From Vicugna vicugna (lineage: Eukaryota): DNA of 64,000 nucleotides. The first letter of the stretch is position 1, and every line of letters starts with the position of its first letter. This document shows, one piece after another, positions 1-13,050 of this stretch. The stretch lies in NCBI GenBank assembly GCA_013265495.1, contig MU057651.1:2830948-2894947 (forward strand), written 5' to 3'. The position numbers were made by a program, and so were the translations under genes. A model generated the notes under the pieces. The model saw only the letters and a list, made by a program, of their open reading frames with translations, searched no databases and was not told where the DNA came from.

Positions 1-1133
1 CCTGTGCTCTGACTCCCCGTGAGACAGGCCTGTGTCACCTCCCTCTCCACCCAGAGTAGGGTCTCAAATCAGCCACGCAAACCATGCCGTCGAGACTTCT
101 GCATGGTTACCAGCTGTCTGGAGGTGTCAGCATTAAGGGTGAAGGAAGCGGATGCCAGGAACAAGCTGGGAAAAATGGTTCACAATGGCAAGAAGAAACA
201 GTTTCTTTTTTAAATTTTTCTTTGCTGGGTAGACTGGCCTAAACATCTTCACACAGTGGCCACCTGTGTCTAGGCCGAAACTCCGGGACCTGGGAGGGAG
301 GGGAATCCCCAGGTGTGGCCTCCGGGTTTCAGCTCCCGGAGCCCGCCCACAGGGTGCAGGGCCAGGAGACAACCGGCCGGACTGGTTTGGTTGGGTCGTA
401 CGCACGGACGGCGGCTGGTGACACAACCCTGCTGTCACTGAACACCTTTTTGGCAACGGCTAAGCATTCTGTAATGATTCCCTTTCCGGAAGCACGTTGA
501 CACCAGCACTGTCCCCAGTGCAAACCAGGGAGGGAGACCGGCGATGTCGGGGGAGACCACCTGTGAGTAAGCCCCGTGCGTTGGGGGGGGCACTGGTACC
601 TGGCACCTCATTTCAGCCTCATCACAGCCCACAGAGGGGGTGTGTTAATGACAACATAACAGGAGGGGCCGGAGCCAGGACTCCAGCTCGGGTCCGTCTG
701 GCCGCCTTACGATGCTTCCCGGGTCTAAATCACAGCTTCCCCAGATTCCCGGATTCCCAGAATCAAAGTGCAGGAAAGGGGAGGACGAGGTCACAAGGCA
801 CTTCTGCGGGGACCTGCCCGTCCCAGGGGGACCCAACATCCATCCCCAGGAAGCTGCGCAAATGAAGCACGATGGGGCCGCACGGCGCAACGCCGCCGCT
901 GCACCATGAACGAGGGCGCTCTGGGTAGAGGGAGCCGTGGGACGCCGCCGATACACGACACACGGTTTCCAGACAGCAATCCCTGGAGCCTGAAGCGAGA
1001 GGAACCATGTGCTTTGCGCTGTACGCGCAGGGGGTGACACCCAAACAGCCCAGCTGGAGTGCGTGGGGCATCAGGTGAAATAAAGTGCGCCGTGGCGAAG
1101 GGTATGCATGGGGTCCGTTACACCCTTCACCCT

Positions 1134-1272
1134 GACAGACATATAGACAGACAGACAGAAAGATAGACAGATAGACAGATGGCTAGATGGATGGGTAGAC
1201 AGAAAGACAGGCAGACCTAGACAAAAATATAGATAGACAGACAGACAGATGGATAGATGGACGAATAGACAG
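1134..1272. repeat. Compound (GACA/GATA/GATG)n microsatellite
   Basis: Read directly. Confidence 0.85.
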
Positions 1273-3887
1273 GCACGTTATTTCAACCGCGGGGCTGGGA
1301 AGCTCGGAGGCGTGAGGCGTGTGTCCTCCCAGCCCCAGGCCGCACAGAGCGCTCTCAGTCCCTGGCAGGTGAGCCCCAGCTTTTGCGTCTACACTGACGT
1401 CCCCTGAAAAGGCCAGGGACGGTGGCCCTGCGCCCCATGACAAGGGGTGGCACTCCTCACGGCCGCCCAGGAAATCCAGGCACGGTTCCTCTACAGCTCG
1501 GTACCTCCTCTGACGTTTCTTTTTATTTTCCCAGCTGCGGCAGTCACAGGTCCCCGTTTCAGCGTCCTGGTGGTCCTCCGAGGCCAGCAGGGTCGGCAAT
1601 TCTCAGGCCAGCTCCCAAGATCGGGCCACCAGGGGTCAAAGACTCACAGCTCTGGGAGCCCAGGGGAGACTTGACGTCTGGGCCCCAGAGAGCCCCGGAG
1701 CCGGGCGGCCCCCCAGCCCAACGGGGAAATGGCAGGACTAGGTGGCCGCAAGGTTGGGGACCACTGGGCAGTGGCTGGAGGGGGAGGCCGAGGCCAGAGC
1801 TCCCCTCTGCCCCACGCAGGCGGGGTGAGGCTTGCTGCTTTCCAGCCCTGAGACCACAGCTGATCTGGGTGCAGAAATCCAAAATGCAGGACCGTGGTGA
1901 CCCCCGGGGTGCCCCGAGGAGGAGAAGGAGTGGGGACCCCCGACAGCCCGCTGTGACCCTCTGTCCACGGCTCGGGAGCCCCCCCTTTCTATCAGGAGAC
2001 AAAGTCCTCTGGGTTGTCTGGCCACATGGATTAGCAGGTGTGTGACCGTCTGAGAAACTGTCCACCAGCAGGTCCCAGGGACGCAGCCGTCCCGCGGGGT
2101 CCTCCCCACACCTCTGAGCTCTTGACAGGACTCAGGGCCACATGTGACTCAGGATGGACGTTCCCCGGACTCTCACTGGACTCACAACCCCCCTCTGACA
2201 GGAACACACCACCTGACAGGCCTCCTGTGGAGCCACTTAAACACACACTCCCTAGGCATGGACGTAAATCTTGGCTTTTTATGTGACTTGTGGTGCACAC
2301 GATTCACACATTTCAAGCTCCCGGGAACCAACTCATCTGCGGGCAAATTCATCACAGACTGATCAACGATTTCCTCTCCCGTGTGGAAACCAGAAGAACA
2401 GAAAAAGGCAGACTGAAACTGAATTACAGACCGCAGGCAACGCTGCTCTTGTTTACATAAAAAAAAAACACGTATAAAATTGCACAAAAGTCGAGATTGC
2501 CATAGGGGCTCATGATAAGCCCCAAAGGTGGCCAAGACATCTTGATCTTAAAAAAAAAAATCTCCACCTGCCACTGTTTCTCCATCCCCATGAAACTGGA
2601 GGTCACACAGAGGTCCATGTTTTTAAGGAAAACTTCCCAACTCAAGCAGTTACTTTATTGACTTGAACAGGATTCTTCAGGAAATAATTTTGACACCATT
2701 GTTATTTCTACATCTTTCACGATGCCAATCCTGGTACACTTTCCGCAGCCCCGGCTGGAAATGGCTGCATGAAAGGCCTTCTCCCTCACCTGTCCGGGAG
2801 CCACCTGGCCCGGCGTGCGGCCAGGCTCACCTGAGGCTCACAGACAAGGGGAAAAGCCACCCCAGGCACGAAGCCACCAAGGCTGGGAGCAGGGGCTCCG
2901 TTTTGGTGACATGCATCTCCTTATAAACAGTTGCACCTTACGAGCATCCCGCGGGCAGTACAGAAATAAAACTCTGGAAAGGGTAAGATTAAAAAACAAA
3001 ACAAAACGCAGTCTTCCCCGAACCCAGTGGATCACGGAGCAGGCATGCTGGGACGGGCACCTGCACCCTGCAGACTGCGCTTCTGAGCAATGAGGGAGTG
3101 ACACGAGCCGTAGCAAGATGATGCCCTGAACAGCTTTCTTCCCGTCCCTCCCCAGAGGACAGGGTGTCCCCGTGGCATCTGGGATATCCTCCTCGCTCGC
3201 CCTCAGTAAGGAAGCTTTTGTTCATCCCTCCGGGAGGGCAAATGGCTTGCAACCAGGGATTTCTTTCCAACCGAGGTGCACGGAGCCAGGACCAACATCT
3301 CTAGCAATTTGTGGGGAAGGAGGAGGAGCAGCGAGATGCCACAGAGTAGCACAACGTCCCCTCTGCAGAAGCAGTGCCCTCTGAATTTACCAGCCAAGGC
3401 AGAGTATGCAGGTATCTTTCATTCCTCCTCAAAAACAGGCTTTGCATCACACTTGCACGTAATAAGAAATATTAGTAATGGAAGCCCCAAGTTAAGTGTT
3501 CACCCGTGGGAGGTGCTGTATCCGGTTAAGTGACAGGCACTTCACAGCCCTGCAAGCAGGTGCATTATAATCCCCTTTGTCCACATGAGGAATGAAGAAC
3601 TCGGGGTGTCTTAATCAGGCTCCCCCCAAAACGGAGCTTGAGTGTACGCACTAAGCCATCAGTAGGTTGTGTAACCCCAGGGAGGCAAGGGAGGGGTGAG
3701 CGGAGCAGGGCCGGGGTGGAGGGGTGCAGACACCAGACAGCAGGTGCCCAGCCACCTATGACTTTGCAACAAGCTAGCTGTGCAGCGCCCCTTCAGGCTG
3801 GTCCTCTGAAGCTATGGTGTCTCCCAGCAACGCAGGGGGCGGGAGGAGGGAAATTGCATCCTTTAGCAAGGGGGTCCTAGGTCACAC

Positions 3888-4383
3888 TGAGGCGGGAAGC
3901 CCCATAAAAAAGACAGGCAGGGCCCCCAGGCAGGGCCACTGCTCTCCTGCCAGCACCATCTGGTTCCCTGGCCCAGAGGCTGTCTCACTTTTTGCCTCTG
4001 AATCGGCTTATTTACCCCTAAAATTCGATTGGTTCCCTGAGCTCACTCCTGATTGGTCCATTTGTAGTGCTTCATTTGCATGGAGCTCACTCCTGATTGG
4101 TTACTTCTCTCCCTCCTGATTGGTCCATTTCTACAAAGCTTGTTCCTAATTAGTCAACTTCTGTTAGACCTTATTTGCATATGATGTTGCAAAGTGTAAA
4201 CTGGCAGCCTATGAAAGCCTGTGTAAACCCACAGCCGGGGTCCAGAGCCTGGACTGTTAACTCCTCTGGGCCTGCTGGCATAATAAACCTGAGTTCTCCA
4301 ACCCTCGGAGTGCTGCTTGGTCTCTCGCCCGGATCCAGGTTGCTGTCACAACTGAAACTGAGCTGCACACTTTTTCTGGAACA
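3888..4383 (+). mobile_element. ERV solo LTR, CCAAT/octamer-rich family, copy A
   Basis: TG...CA termini, ~500 bp, repeated ctgattgg modules, AATAAA at 4282-4287. A clearly homologous second copy lies at 43581-44091. Confidence 0.85.
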
Positions 4384-5454
4384 ATATCAGATGTCAGTGA
4401 TCCCAGGAAAGGAGGAAAAGAGATGCATGACCCTGGAGGAACATCAGGGGGTGTCCTCTTGCGCTCCTGACATGAGACACAAGATGCAGTCACCACGTGG
4501 GGTCCTCTGTCCGGGCAGTCAGGCCAGAAAGCGAAGCAGGCGTGCAGATCCGGAGCACGTGAGGACCCGGCGGGCTGCGTGCTGGCTCCAGGCAGGACTG
4601 GGCTGCCGGCTCCCGGCTGGTCCTGCCCGGAGATCCACGGCTCCTCCGTGTCCTGGCCTCCCCCCAGGGGCACAGAGAAGCCTAGCCTGAGCGCAAGCAA
4701 ATGCATCCGTGGCTCTGGCTCCCGTAACAACCCTGGGGTCTAAGAAAGCCAGAGTCAGGGAAGGGAAGGAGCATTTTCTAGTCTCTTTACAGACGCTTGT
4801 GTATTAGTTCGGCTTGAGTTTTCAGTTAGAGAAGAGATGTTCACAGACACACCAGTCCTCCCCATCAACGAATCTTTGGTCGAGACACAAGGTATGCTCT
4901 GTCGCACCCGAGAAGAAAAAAAAACGGATACAGCAGGAAAAAAGAACCAAAGAAAACCCTAAGTTGGCGGACAGCTGTCTCACACTGGACAGAAGGGGCT
5001 CTTTAGACACTCCCCTTTGTGTGCGACTTTTCCTCTGTCTGTCTTTTCCTCCGTCTGGCTTTAATCAAGTCCGCAGATGAGAAAAATAGAGAAGAACCAA
5101 AAACATCTCCAACATGCACACTTCCCTCCGAAGTCTATTTATACCCCCTCGAAACGGGCTTAGGTTTTAAAACACCTGTGTTGTCTTAGAAATACTTTCG
5201 CCAAGTAACCTGTGGACGGCGGCCGACTCCGGGCTCAGCTGGAGCAAAATAAAATGCACCCTTTTGAGAAGAGAGGAAGAGAAAACATCTGCCCTAGAAA
5301 GGTTTCTTTATTCAGCCCAAATATTGCGAAGCCCAGCGCCAGGACCGGCCCTGAGGTGGTGAACAGAAGTCACTCATTTCCGTTCAAGAAAGATGTCAAA
5401 ACAAGATCGCCTCCAAAGATGCAAATTCTTGGTCAGAGTCCTGGATTTCCTCAA

Positions 5455-5760
5455 TACGTGCATTCATTCGTCACTTATTATGCGCCCACGAGGTGCCAGC
5501 ACTGTTTTCAGGTGTCTCGTGGGGAGGAGAGGGTCGGGGAACGCAGGGCGCCCTTAGGCGGGAGACAAAGTCCACTGGCTTCATTGCACTGGGCTCGTAT
5601 TGAAAAGAGATGGTGCTTTTCGTGGGATAAATACAGACAATGCAAACACGAAACCTTCCAGGGAGAAATAACATCCTGATACAGGGTTAACAGCCGTGGT
5701 CAGAGCCTACGGTGAGACTGGAGTTTGCCAGGAGAACATTTCTAGAGAACACAGGATGCT
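5455..5760 (-). mobile_element. L2 LINE 3' fragment (ancient)
   Basis: cattcattc...tatgcgcccac...gtgccagcactgttttcaggtg...gagacaaagtcc resembles the L2 3' end. Confidence 0.55.
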
Positions 5761-8700
5761 TTGAAAGGGGAAAGAAGAAACAGACAAACGAAAGTTACAC
5801 AAACCAAAGGTCTTCCTCAATACTGACCTGATGGCAGTATTTACTATGTGTCTGCAATGCATCGGATTGTTCGACTAAAAAAAAAAAACTTTAAAAACTT
5901 AAAAAAAAACTTTAAAAACTTAAAAAAAATTAAAATCTTAGATATGCAGAATGTCAGATTTGAGAAATCCTCAAGTGTGTATGTGCGGTGTTCCTAAGAC
6001 ATGGTACTTAGGTCTCATTAAATTTTGTAACGTGTAATGTTTTCAGTAGAGACACTATGAGAGCTGAATATCAATCCTACTTATCTTTTATGACTGAGGC
6101 AACGTCGTACCCCAGGAATCATCCTGGGATGAACCACCCATCAGATCTGGTTCACTTCATGCTGGGGGCTCATTTATCCCACTCGGGTCAGATCAAGGGT
6201 TTCTACTAACCCACGCTTGTGGTTTCCCACGTTCCCCATGTGGACAACTTCTTCCAACAGGGTCAATTACATCCCCCTCCGGCAGCTGGATTCCAGTCGC
6301 TGGCCCAGGTCTCCTAGCTCAGATGAGGTACGTGCAACCCCAGGCAGTGTCACCAACCTCTCTGTTACCCCAGCTTCCGAGAAGCCGGAACTAAAGAACA
6401 CTTTAAAGTATAAGAATTATGAATAGCTTTGCTATTCAACACCCCACTACGGGCCATGCAAAAAAAAAAATCATTTGAATCTGGAAGTTTAAAAAGGAAA
6501 AAGCAGATTATTGAGAATTAACACACTCAGGAAAGAGACAGATCAGACCCGTACGTTGGTGGAATTGTGCTCAGACAACCGAACGTTCAAACAAGCCCAG
6601 GGCCTGAGGCATCCACTCATATGATGCTTTTGTGATATTTTCACTCCCAAAGCCTGCACTTTGGGAGTATCCACATGTCTGAACTAAGCTCAAGGCGAGC
6701 AGGTGGCAGGGAGGCGAACAGGGGTCTCAGAGGCATCAATGTCTGCAATTAGAGGAAGAAACCGCATTAGGTGGTCTGGCAGTTGGGACCCACCTCTCTG
6801 CACCTGTGTGTCCTAAATTCCCTTTTGGATGCACAGCAAACAGCACCACAAACAACGGCGCTCTCTTCTCTGGGAATAAAAATCAACCCATAAGCAACCG
6901 TAAAGCAACGTCAAAACATAAAGCCAATCTATGTTGTGCATATTTTAATGTATATTCTACCTTGTCGCAAAACCGTTTGGGGCAAAAAAACAGGCATCTC
7001 TATTTAAAATTCCTCTTTTATCCAAAAAAAAAAAAAAAAGGCCCACGTCTGCAGTGACAGTCTTGAGAAAACTGTTCTAGAGAGCAGGTCACCAGGTACT
7101 CAGGCCGACTTACCGTCCAACACTTGCTTCTGCCTTTAGAAGGGAAATTAACCCCCACAGGCAGCTCCGGCCTCCTGAGTGATGGGTAGCTACCTTCGTG
7201 ACATATTTATACCGAGTGGAATTGTCTGGCATTGAAAGTCAGGATCCTAAAATGTATTATAAGATATTTACCTATCTGAAAATAGTTAACTCGACTATTT
7301 CTGTAATCAAACAGGATTCCAAAAATATTAGACACTTCAGTGGCTCTGAACACCTCATAAAACCCATTTCAGGTATTTAAAGTGTCACTGAATCGCGCTG
7401 GTCCGTGCACCCAGCACTCGAGTCTCTGGGATGCCAGCTCCACCCGTAGCAGCTGGCCTTCCATCACCATGAAGCGCCATCTTCCTCAGTCATTGGGTCT
7501 GGTCAACTTCTCTTCTGTCTCCCTCCGGGCATCATACCGCGTCCTGGCCTCGAACACCGCCCCCTTCACATTTACCCCCAGCCTGTGTCTCTCCTGTTTA
7601 GGGGATCCCCCTCTCCCCACATTCCCCACCACCAACATACACACCAGGATCTCAAACTGGCACCAAGGTCATTTCAACCCCACCCCTCCCAAACACCCCC
7701 CTCCATGTCATCATGTCCTGAACGCCTTCCAGGCAAAGGGTACCCCTCAATTCCAACGGTCCCGTCTTGTCCCCACGTCCAAAAGCCGGCCCGCTGACCA
7801 CATCCATGCAAGGGTCTCCAATCCACCCTTCTCGGCCGTGGTCACTGCAGCCACCCAGGTCAGGTTTCTGAGGGATTCGTGAAGTACTCATGTTGGAAGG
7901 AGCTCTTCTCCGACCCAGGCGATCTGAATGGAGTTTCAGGTCTGCCTTTTCGTGTATGTTTTGCCCGAGGTGGGAAACAATGATACTGATCCGTCAGAGC
8001 GAACATAACCTGGCCGTGCGCTTCAGCTCTTCCCGGGAGACCGAGCAGTGGGCAGTGATGCAGGCTGGGGCGACGAGGAGCAGAGAGGACCTGGGGCAGG
8101 TGAGCGGAAGCACACGGGACAGCTAAGCACTGTTCCCTCCCAGATGCATGACAGCAGGTGTCAAAGCCAGCGCTGGCCGATGGGAAAGGTCTTCCCCGGG
8201 GGTCCGGGCCTCCCCCGGCGGCAGGAGGGGAGAAGCTCGCCCAAGGCTGCATTTGTGTCCAACTGTGAAGCAGAAATGCCTTTGAACCTACTGTTTGCAT
8301 CACGCTGCGAGAGTGGAAGGAAGTTCCCCGTGTCTAAGTCCAGAATTCCTTTGTCCCAGGGAGAATGTTTTGGATATTTTGGGAATCCTTGCTTCCAGAT
8401 CAATCCGACGGGGCCACGCCCATCAGGGCTGGGCTGCCCCCCGCCTTCTGGCCCCTGCATCCCCCACACCCACGGGTCTCTCCGCTCCAGGGCAGAGCTG
8501 GGGGACGGAGGGCTGGGGAGCGAGGCTCCACCAGAGAGAAGGAAACGGGACTCTGTTTGAGGAAATGCCTCAGAAAAACCAAGCAGCATCCCCACCGTCC
8601 AGGAGCGGACTGGCAGGTGGAGGCCTGGAAACGTGTGAGAACGGCAGGGGTCCAGGGCGCTGGGACCCCAGTCCCCGCGAGGGGGGCCCCTGGTCCAGCC

Positions 8701-11019
8701 CCGATGCACCCCATCAGCTGGGAGCGACGTGAATTCCCCGGGCATCTGCCCGCCCCCCGCCAGCCCGGACAAGCCGGGTTCAAAACAGTCACCCGGGGCT
8801 TGGCAACGCCAGCTGTGACCTCGCAGCGGAAAGTAAAAAGAAATGCCTCTTTTCCTTCTGCCCGGAGTGTTCCTGGAGCCTGGGGAATAGAAGTCAAGCG
8901 TCACCCCCCGCCCCCAAGTTGTGTCTGCTTCCCCTGATCCGCCCACCAGGATTGGGGGTGTTCCTCCCTTTTAACACAAAAGCCCTTATCATCTTATTTC
9001 CTCTGTGATGGCAGCGAGGGAAGTGCATTCATTTTCTCTGGTTTCTACAAATAAGACCCTGGGATCGGCACCGCAGGAAGTTCTGTCTGAGGAGCGAAAT
9101 GCCCGGCAGCTGGTGAAGCTGGAAACAAGTACCTGCGCTCAGACCCCCAGGACAGCGCCTCATTCTGGCCACAGCACAGCAGGAATCCTAAAGGATCCGT
9201 GCAGTCAGGACTCGGAATCAGGGCCGGACGGCCACAGGCCGTGACCAGCACATCCACACCTCTCATCCCATGTCCCTTCACTCACTCCAAGTCGCCGCTC
9301 CGGGGAGGCTGGGGTGTCCCCGGCGGGAAGAGGCATTGCCCGTGTGTCCCAGCCCCGTCCTTCTGTGAGGCTGGAGGGAAGGGGCGGGCTGGACCCTGTG
9401 TGAAGCAGCCCCCGGGGCGCCGGGGGCCAGAGCGGTGGGGTCCCCAGCCCTACAGAGAGGCTGGCTTTCAGCACACAGGGGACAGGGGTCATGGGAGGCG
9501 GGCCAGGTGAGAGCTGTAACGTGAGCAGGGGCCGCCGTGCAGGGTGGGCGGCCCTGAGTCACCACCTAGAAGCACTGACACCCCCAAGATGCTGAGGGGC
9601 CCCCATCCCAGCTCCAGCAGGGTCCCAACACCAAACTCTGCAGAAGCAGCGGGGGCTACACGCGGGCCCGGCCAGGACGGGCATCCGTGGACCAGGTTTC
9701 TCTGCTGCCATGACAACCAGGGATGCTCGGGGTTGGGGGGCAAGCAAATGTTGCCCTGGGTCAAACCTGACCATCCTGGGCTTGCAAAGCTCTGGACCCG
9801 TCACGCGGTCCAAGGGCGGCCGTGACCCTCCCCTGCACCCTGAAGGGGGTGGCGTGGCTGCGCGGACCCTGCACCTGGCCGGCCAGATTCACCGTCCGCG
9901 GGCCCCGACGCCGCCCCTCCCGCTGACCTGCCTGCATCAGGTCGCTCGTAAGACGCCCACGAGCAGTAACTATTAAACCGTCCTCCCCCCAGGAGGCTGC
10001 GGCTGTGTCTGGACAACACTGGGGGCTTCTTGTAGCCGAAAAGCCACACAACAGATGGGTGAGCTGCGTGGTATATAAATAAATGCACTTGTTAACAACC
10101 AGGGAATGCGAATGAGTGTTTACGGGAATTCTTTGCCGAATCGTGCAACTTTCCTGGAAACGTGACATCACTGCAAAACAACACGTCAAAAAATATATTG
10201 GTAAAAAAATAGAGAAAGGACTGTTGATCGTGAGGACAAGTTGACATTATTCCAAAGTAACACGTTAAAAAAATAACACTGATGTAATATAAAGAAAGGG
10301 CTACTGATCTTGGGGAAATTTCTGTCTGATACTTCAGCGCGCTGCGAGAGAGCCGGGACCCCGTCCCTCTCAGTCTCTGCTCCCCCCGTCTCTTGGCCGC
10401 CTGCTTTTTCTGTCTGTCTGCTCATCTGTTTTTCTCCAACTGCTTTTGGTCTTTCTTCCTACCCTCCACGGACCCTCTTTCCTTCTTTCTCTTCCCTGCC
10501 CCCGGTCCCCATCTACCCAATTAAGAACTCAATTCCAAAAGGAGCTGCAGTGTATCTTTAATCATTCAGGACGTATAAGCTACAAACACTGATGGAGCAT
10601 TTGAGAAACTTCATTTAAAATAATTTGCTATTGTTTTCCAAACAACAGTTATGGTCACTCTTCAATTCTATTAAGTATAATGAATGAAAAGTATTTTAAC
10701 ATCTTTCTCTCTGGATTAAAAATATAATTGAAAAAATTCTGTATGTGGACTTTTTTTTTTCCCTACAGGTCAGTCATCCTTAATTAAAAAAATATATGTG
10801 ATTCTAATGCACCTCTGTGACCTATGTGCATATAACTTGTAACAAAAAGCAGAGATGGACAGACAGACAATGGGCAGGTGGATGGATGGATGGATGGACG
10901 GACTGCTGGATAAAGGCTGCAGCATGCAGTTTCTGTCCTGTCAAAGGTAGGTGACAACAGCGCCTCCCTTCCAGGTGGGTCCAAAAACTCAGTACAATAA
11001 TGTCCTGTGAACGTGCCAA

Positions 11020-11320
11020 GCACAAAGCTGACACATAAAAGTAGTCGAGACGTAGAAAACAGACTTATGGTTGCCAGGAGGAGGCTGGTGGGAAGGGACA
11101 GACTGGGAGCTCGAGATTTGCAGATACTGACTGGTACATATAAAATGGATAAACAAGTTTATACTGTGAAGCACAGGGAAATATATTCAACATCTTGTAG
11201 CAGCTCACGGTGAAAAAGAATATGCAAATGAATATATGTATGTTCATGTGTGGCTGAAGCGTTGTGCTGTGCCCCAGACATGGACACATTGTAAACTGAC
11301 TATAACTCAATAAAAAAAAT
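11020..11320 (+). mobile_element. L1 3' UTR, 5'-truncated, lineage-specific
   Basis: gaaaacagacttatggttgccagg...agcacagggaaatatattcaa...ttgtaaactgactataactcaataaaaaaaa. Confidence 0.85.
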
Positions 11321-12240
11321 GTAGCTGAGAAATGATCACAGATGGGCAGACAGACACCTCCCTCCTACGAGGCTCTCAGAATGCTCTCTCAACTCCTGGC
11401 CGCACCCCAGAGCTGCCTCTGGGGCTCTCGGGAGTGAGGGAGGACGGGTCTGCCCACATCTCAGGGCAGACACATTTCATGTTACTTACGGGTCTCCTCT
11501 CTGTGCCAACACGCAGCTCAGCAGAGAGACATGCCAACCGGGCAGCACGGCCCCCGGTGGACCAGAACCACAGCGGCCGACCTGAGTGCCAGCGCCCCAA
11601 ATCCTGGAACTGAGACGCCCACATCAAGTGATAAATAAATACGGACGCTCCACGTTCAGAGACTCCCACACGCACGCGCGCACCGAGCCAGGTGAACCTG
11701 ATCCGGAGATGAGCCGCGCTGAGCACCCGGCCCCGGGGAGGGCACTCCCATGTATGGCCACCCGTCCCCTCCTGCAGCCCTGCCCGAGACAACGGTGCTA
11801 TATTTAGCCAGATCCGTGGTCCCAGGCACCACAGCCAGAGGCTGGGGCGCAGACCGGCCTCTTCCGTGCATCCGCCTTCCAGAAGCAAAGTGGCAAGAAG
11901 AATAACAAAATCGATAGGACGGAGCGGGCCGGAGTCCCTCCACACGCCGTGTGCTTTTCGTGCGGATTTCAGCGCACTGCAGTGGGGACATGGCTGTGAA
12001 TTTCAGCGGTGGCCGAGCTGCCGCTCACGCCGGCCGGGCTGAGCCTCCAAAGCCTCCCCATGACCGGGGACCAAGCCCTGCGCCCACGCACCCGGCGGCC
12101 TGCGGGGCAGGGCTCCTCTCCTGGGCACTTGGGGCCTGTGAGGGGTGGCACAGCTGTTGTCACTCTCAGGTTACCAGCAGGCCCCACCCTGCGTCCCAGC
12201 CCGGCACCCACAGCCTTGTAATCACAGGGCTTGGCTTTAA

Positions 12241-12385
12241 AGGAAGAGAGGAAGAGAGGAAGGAAGGGAGGGAGGAAGGAAAGAAGGAAGGAAGGAAGGA
12301 AGGAAAGAAAAGAAAGAAAGAAAAGAGAAGAGAAGAAAAGAAAGGAAGGAAAGAAAGAAAGAAAGGAAGAAAGAAAAAAGAAATT
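12241..12385. repeat. (GAAG/GAAA)n polypurine microsatellite
   Basis: Read directly. Confidence 0.95.
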
Positions 12386-12547
12386 ACGTGGCATTGATGC
12401 ATGTATTTCCAAGGGTGCATTATACTCTCTTGCATAAATTTCTTTTCTCTGTTTTCAAATAAACTGCCTGCAATTTCCAACTATACTTACCAGGCCCTCA
12501 ATGATTATTTTCACTTGAGATGCTTTGACACGAGTCTTTCCACCATA

Positions 12548-13050
12548 GACTTAGTTTTTTTAGGGCAGTTTTAGATCCACAGCAAAACTCAGCAGAAGGC
12601 ACAGAAATTTCCCATCTAACCCCTGTCCCCATGGACGCATAGCCTCCCCCACCATCAACATCCCACAGCGGAGTGGTACCTTGCTTAATAATCGATGCAT
12701 CTACATTAACATCATTATCACCCAGAAACCCCGGTCTACATTAGGGCTCACTCTGGGTGTTGCAGATTCATGGGTTTAGACAGACGCATAAGGACCTGTC
12801 CACTGTCACAGCATCACAGAGTCGTTACACCGTCATAAAAACCCTCCGAGCTGCACCCAGGCACAACCGCTGATCTTTGCACTGCCCTCCACAGTTTTGC
12901 CCTTTTCCAGAGTGTCACACATTTGCAATCACAACAGCAGGTCACCGTTTCAGATCAACTTCAATCACGTGCATTTAAGGTTCCTCCGTGTCGTTTTGTG
13001 GCTTCCTTTGAGCTCATTTCTTTTTTACTTCTGAGTGACATTCTGTTGCT
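12548..13050 (-). mobile_element. Old L1 (L1MC/MD-like) 3' end
   Basis: gcagttttagatccacagcaaaactcagcagaagg...catcaacatcccacagcggagtggtac...acattaacatcattatcaccc, typical antisense L1M 3' UTR. Confidence 0.75.

Noticed and set aside
6110..6155. Two adjacent small hairpins (cccagga/tcctggg, tgaacca/tggttca) as a snoRNA or miRNA
   Set aside because: Stems are only 7 bp, with no properly placed H/ACA or C/D boxes and no long precursor stem.
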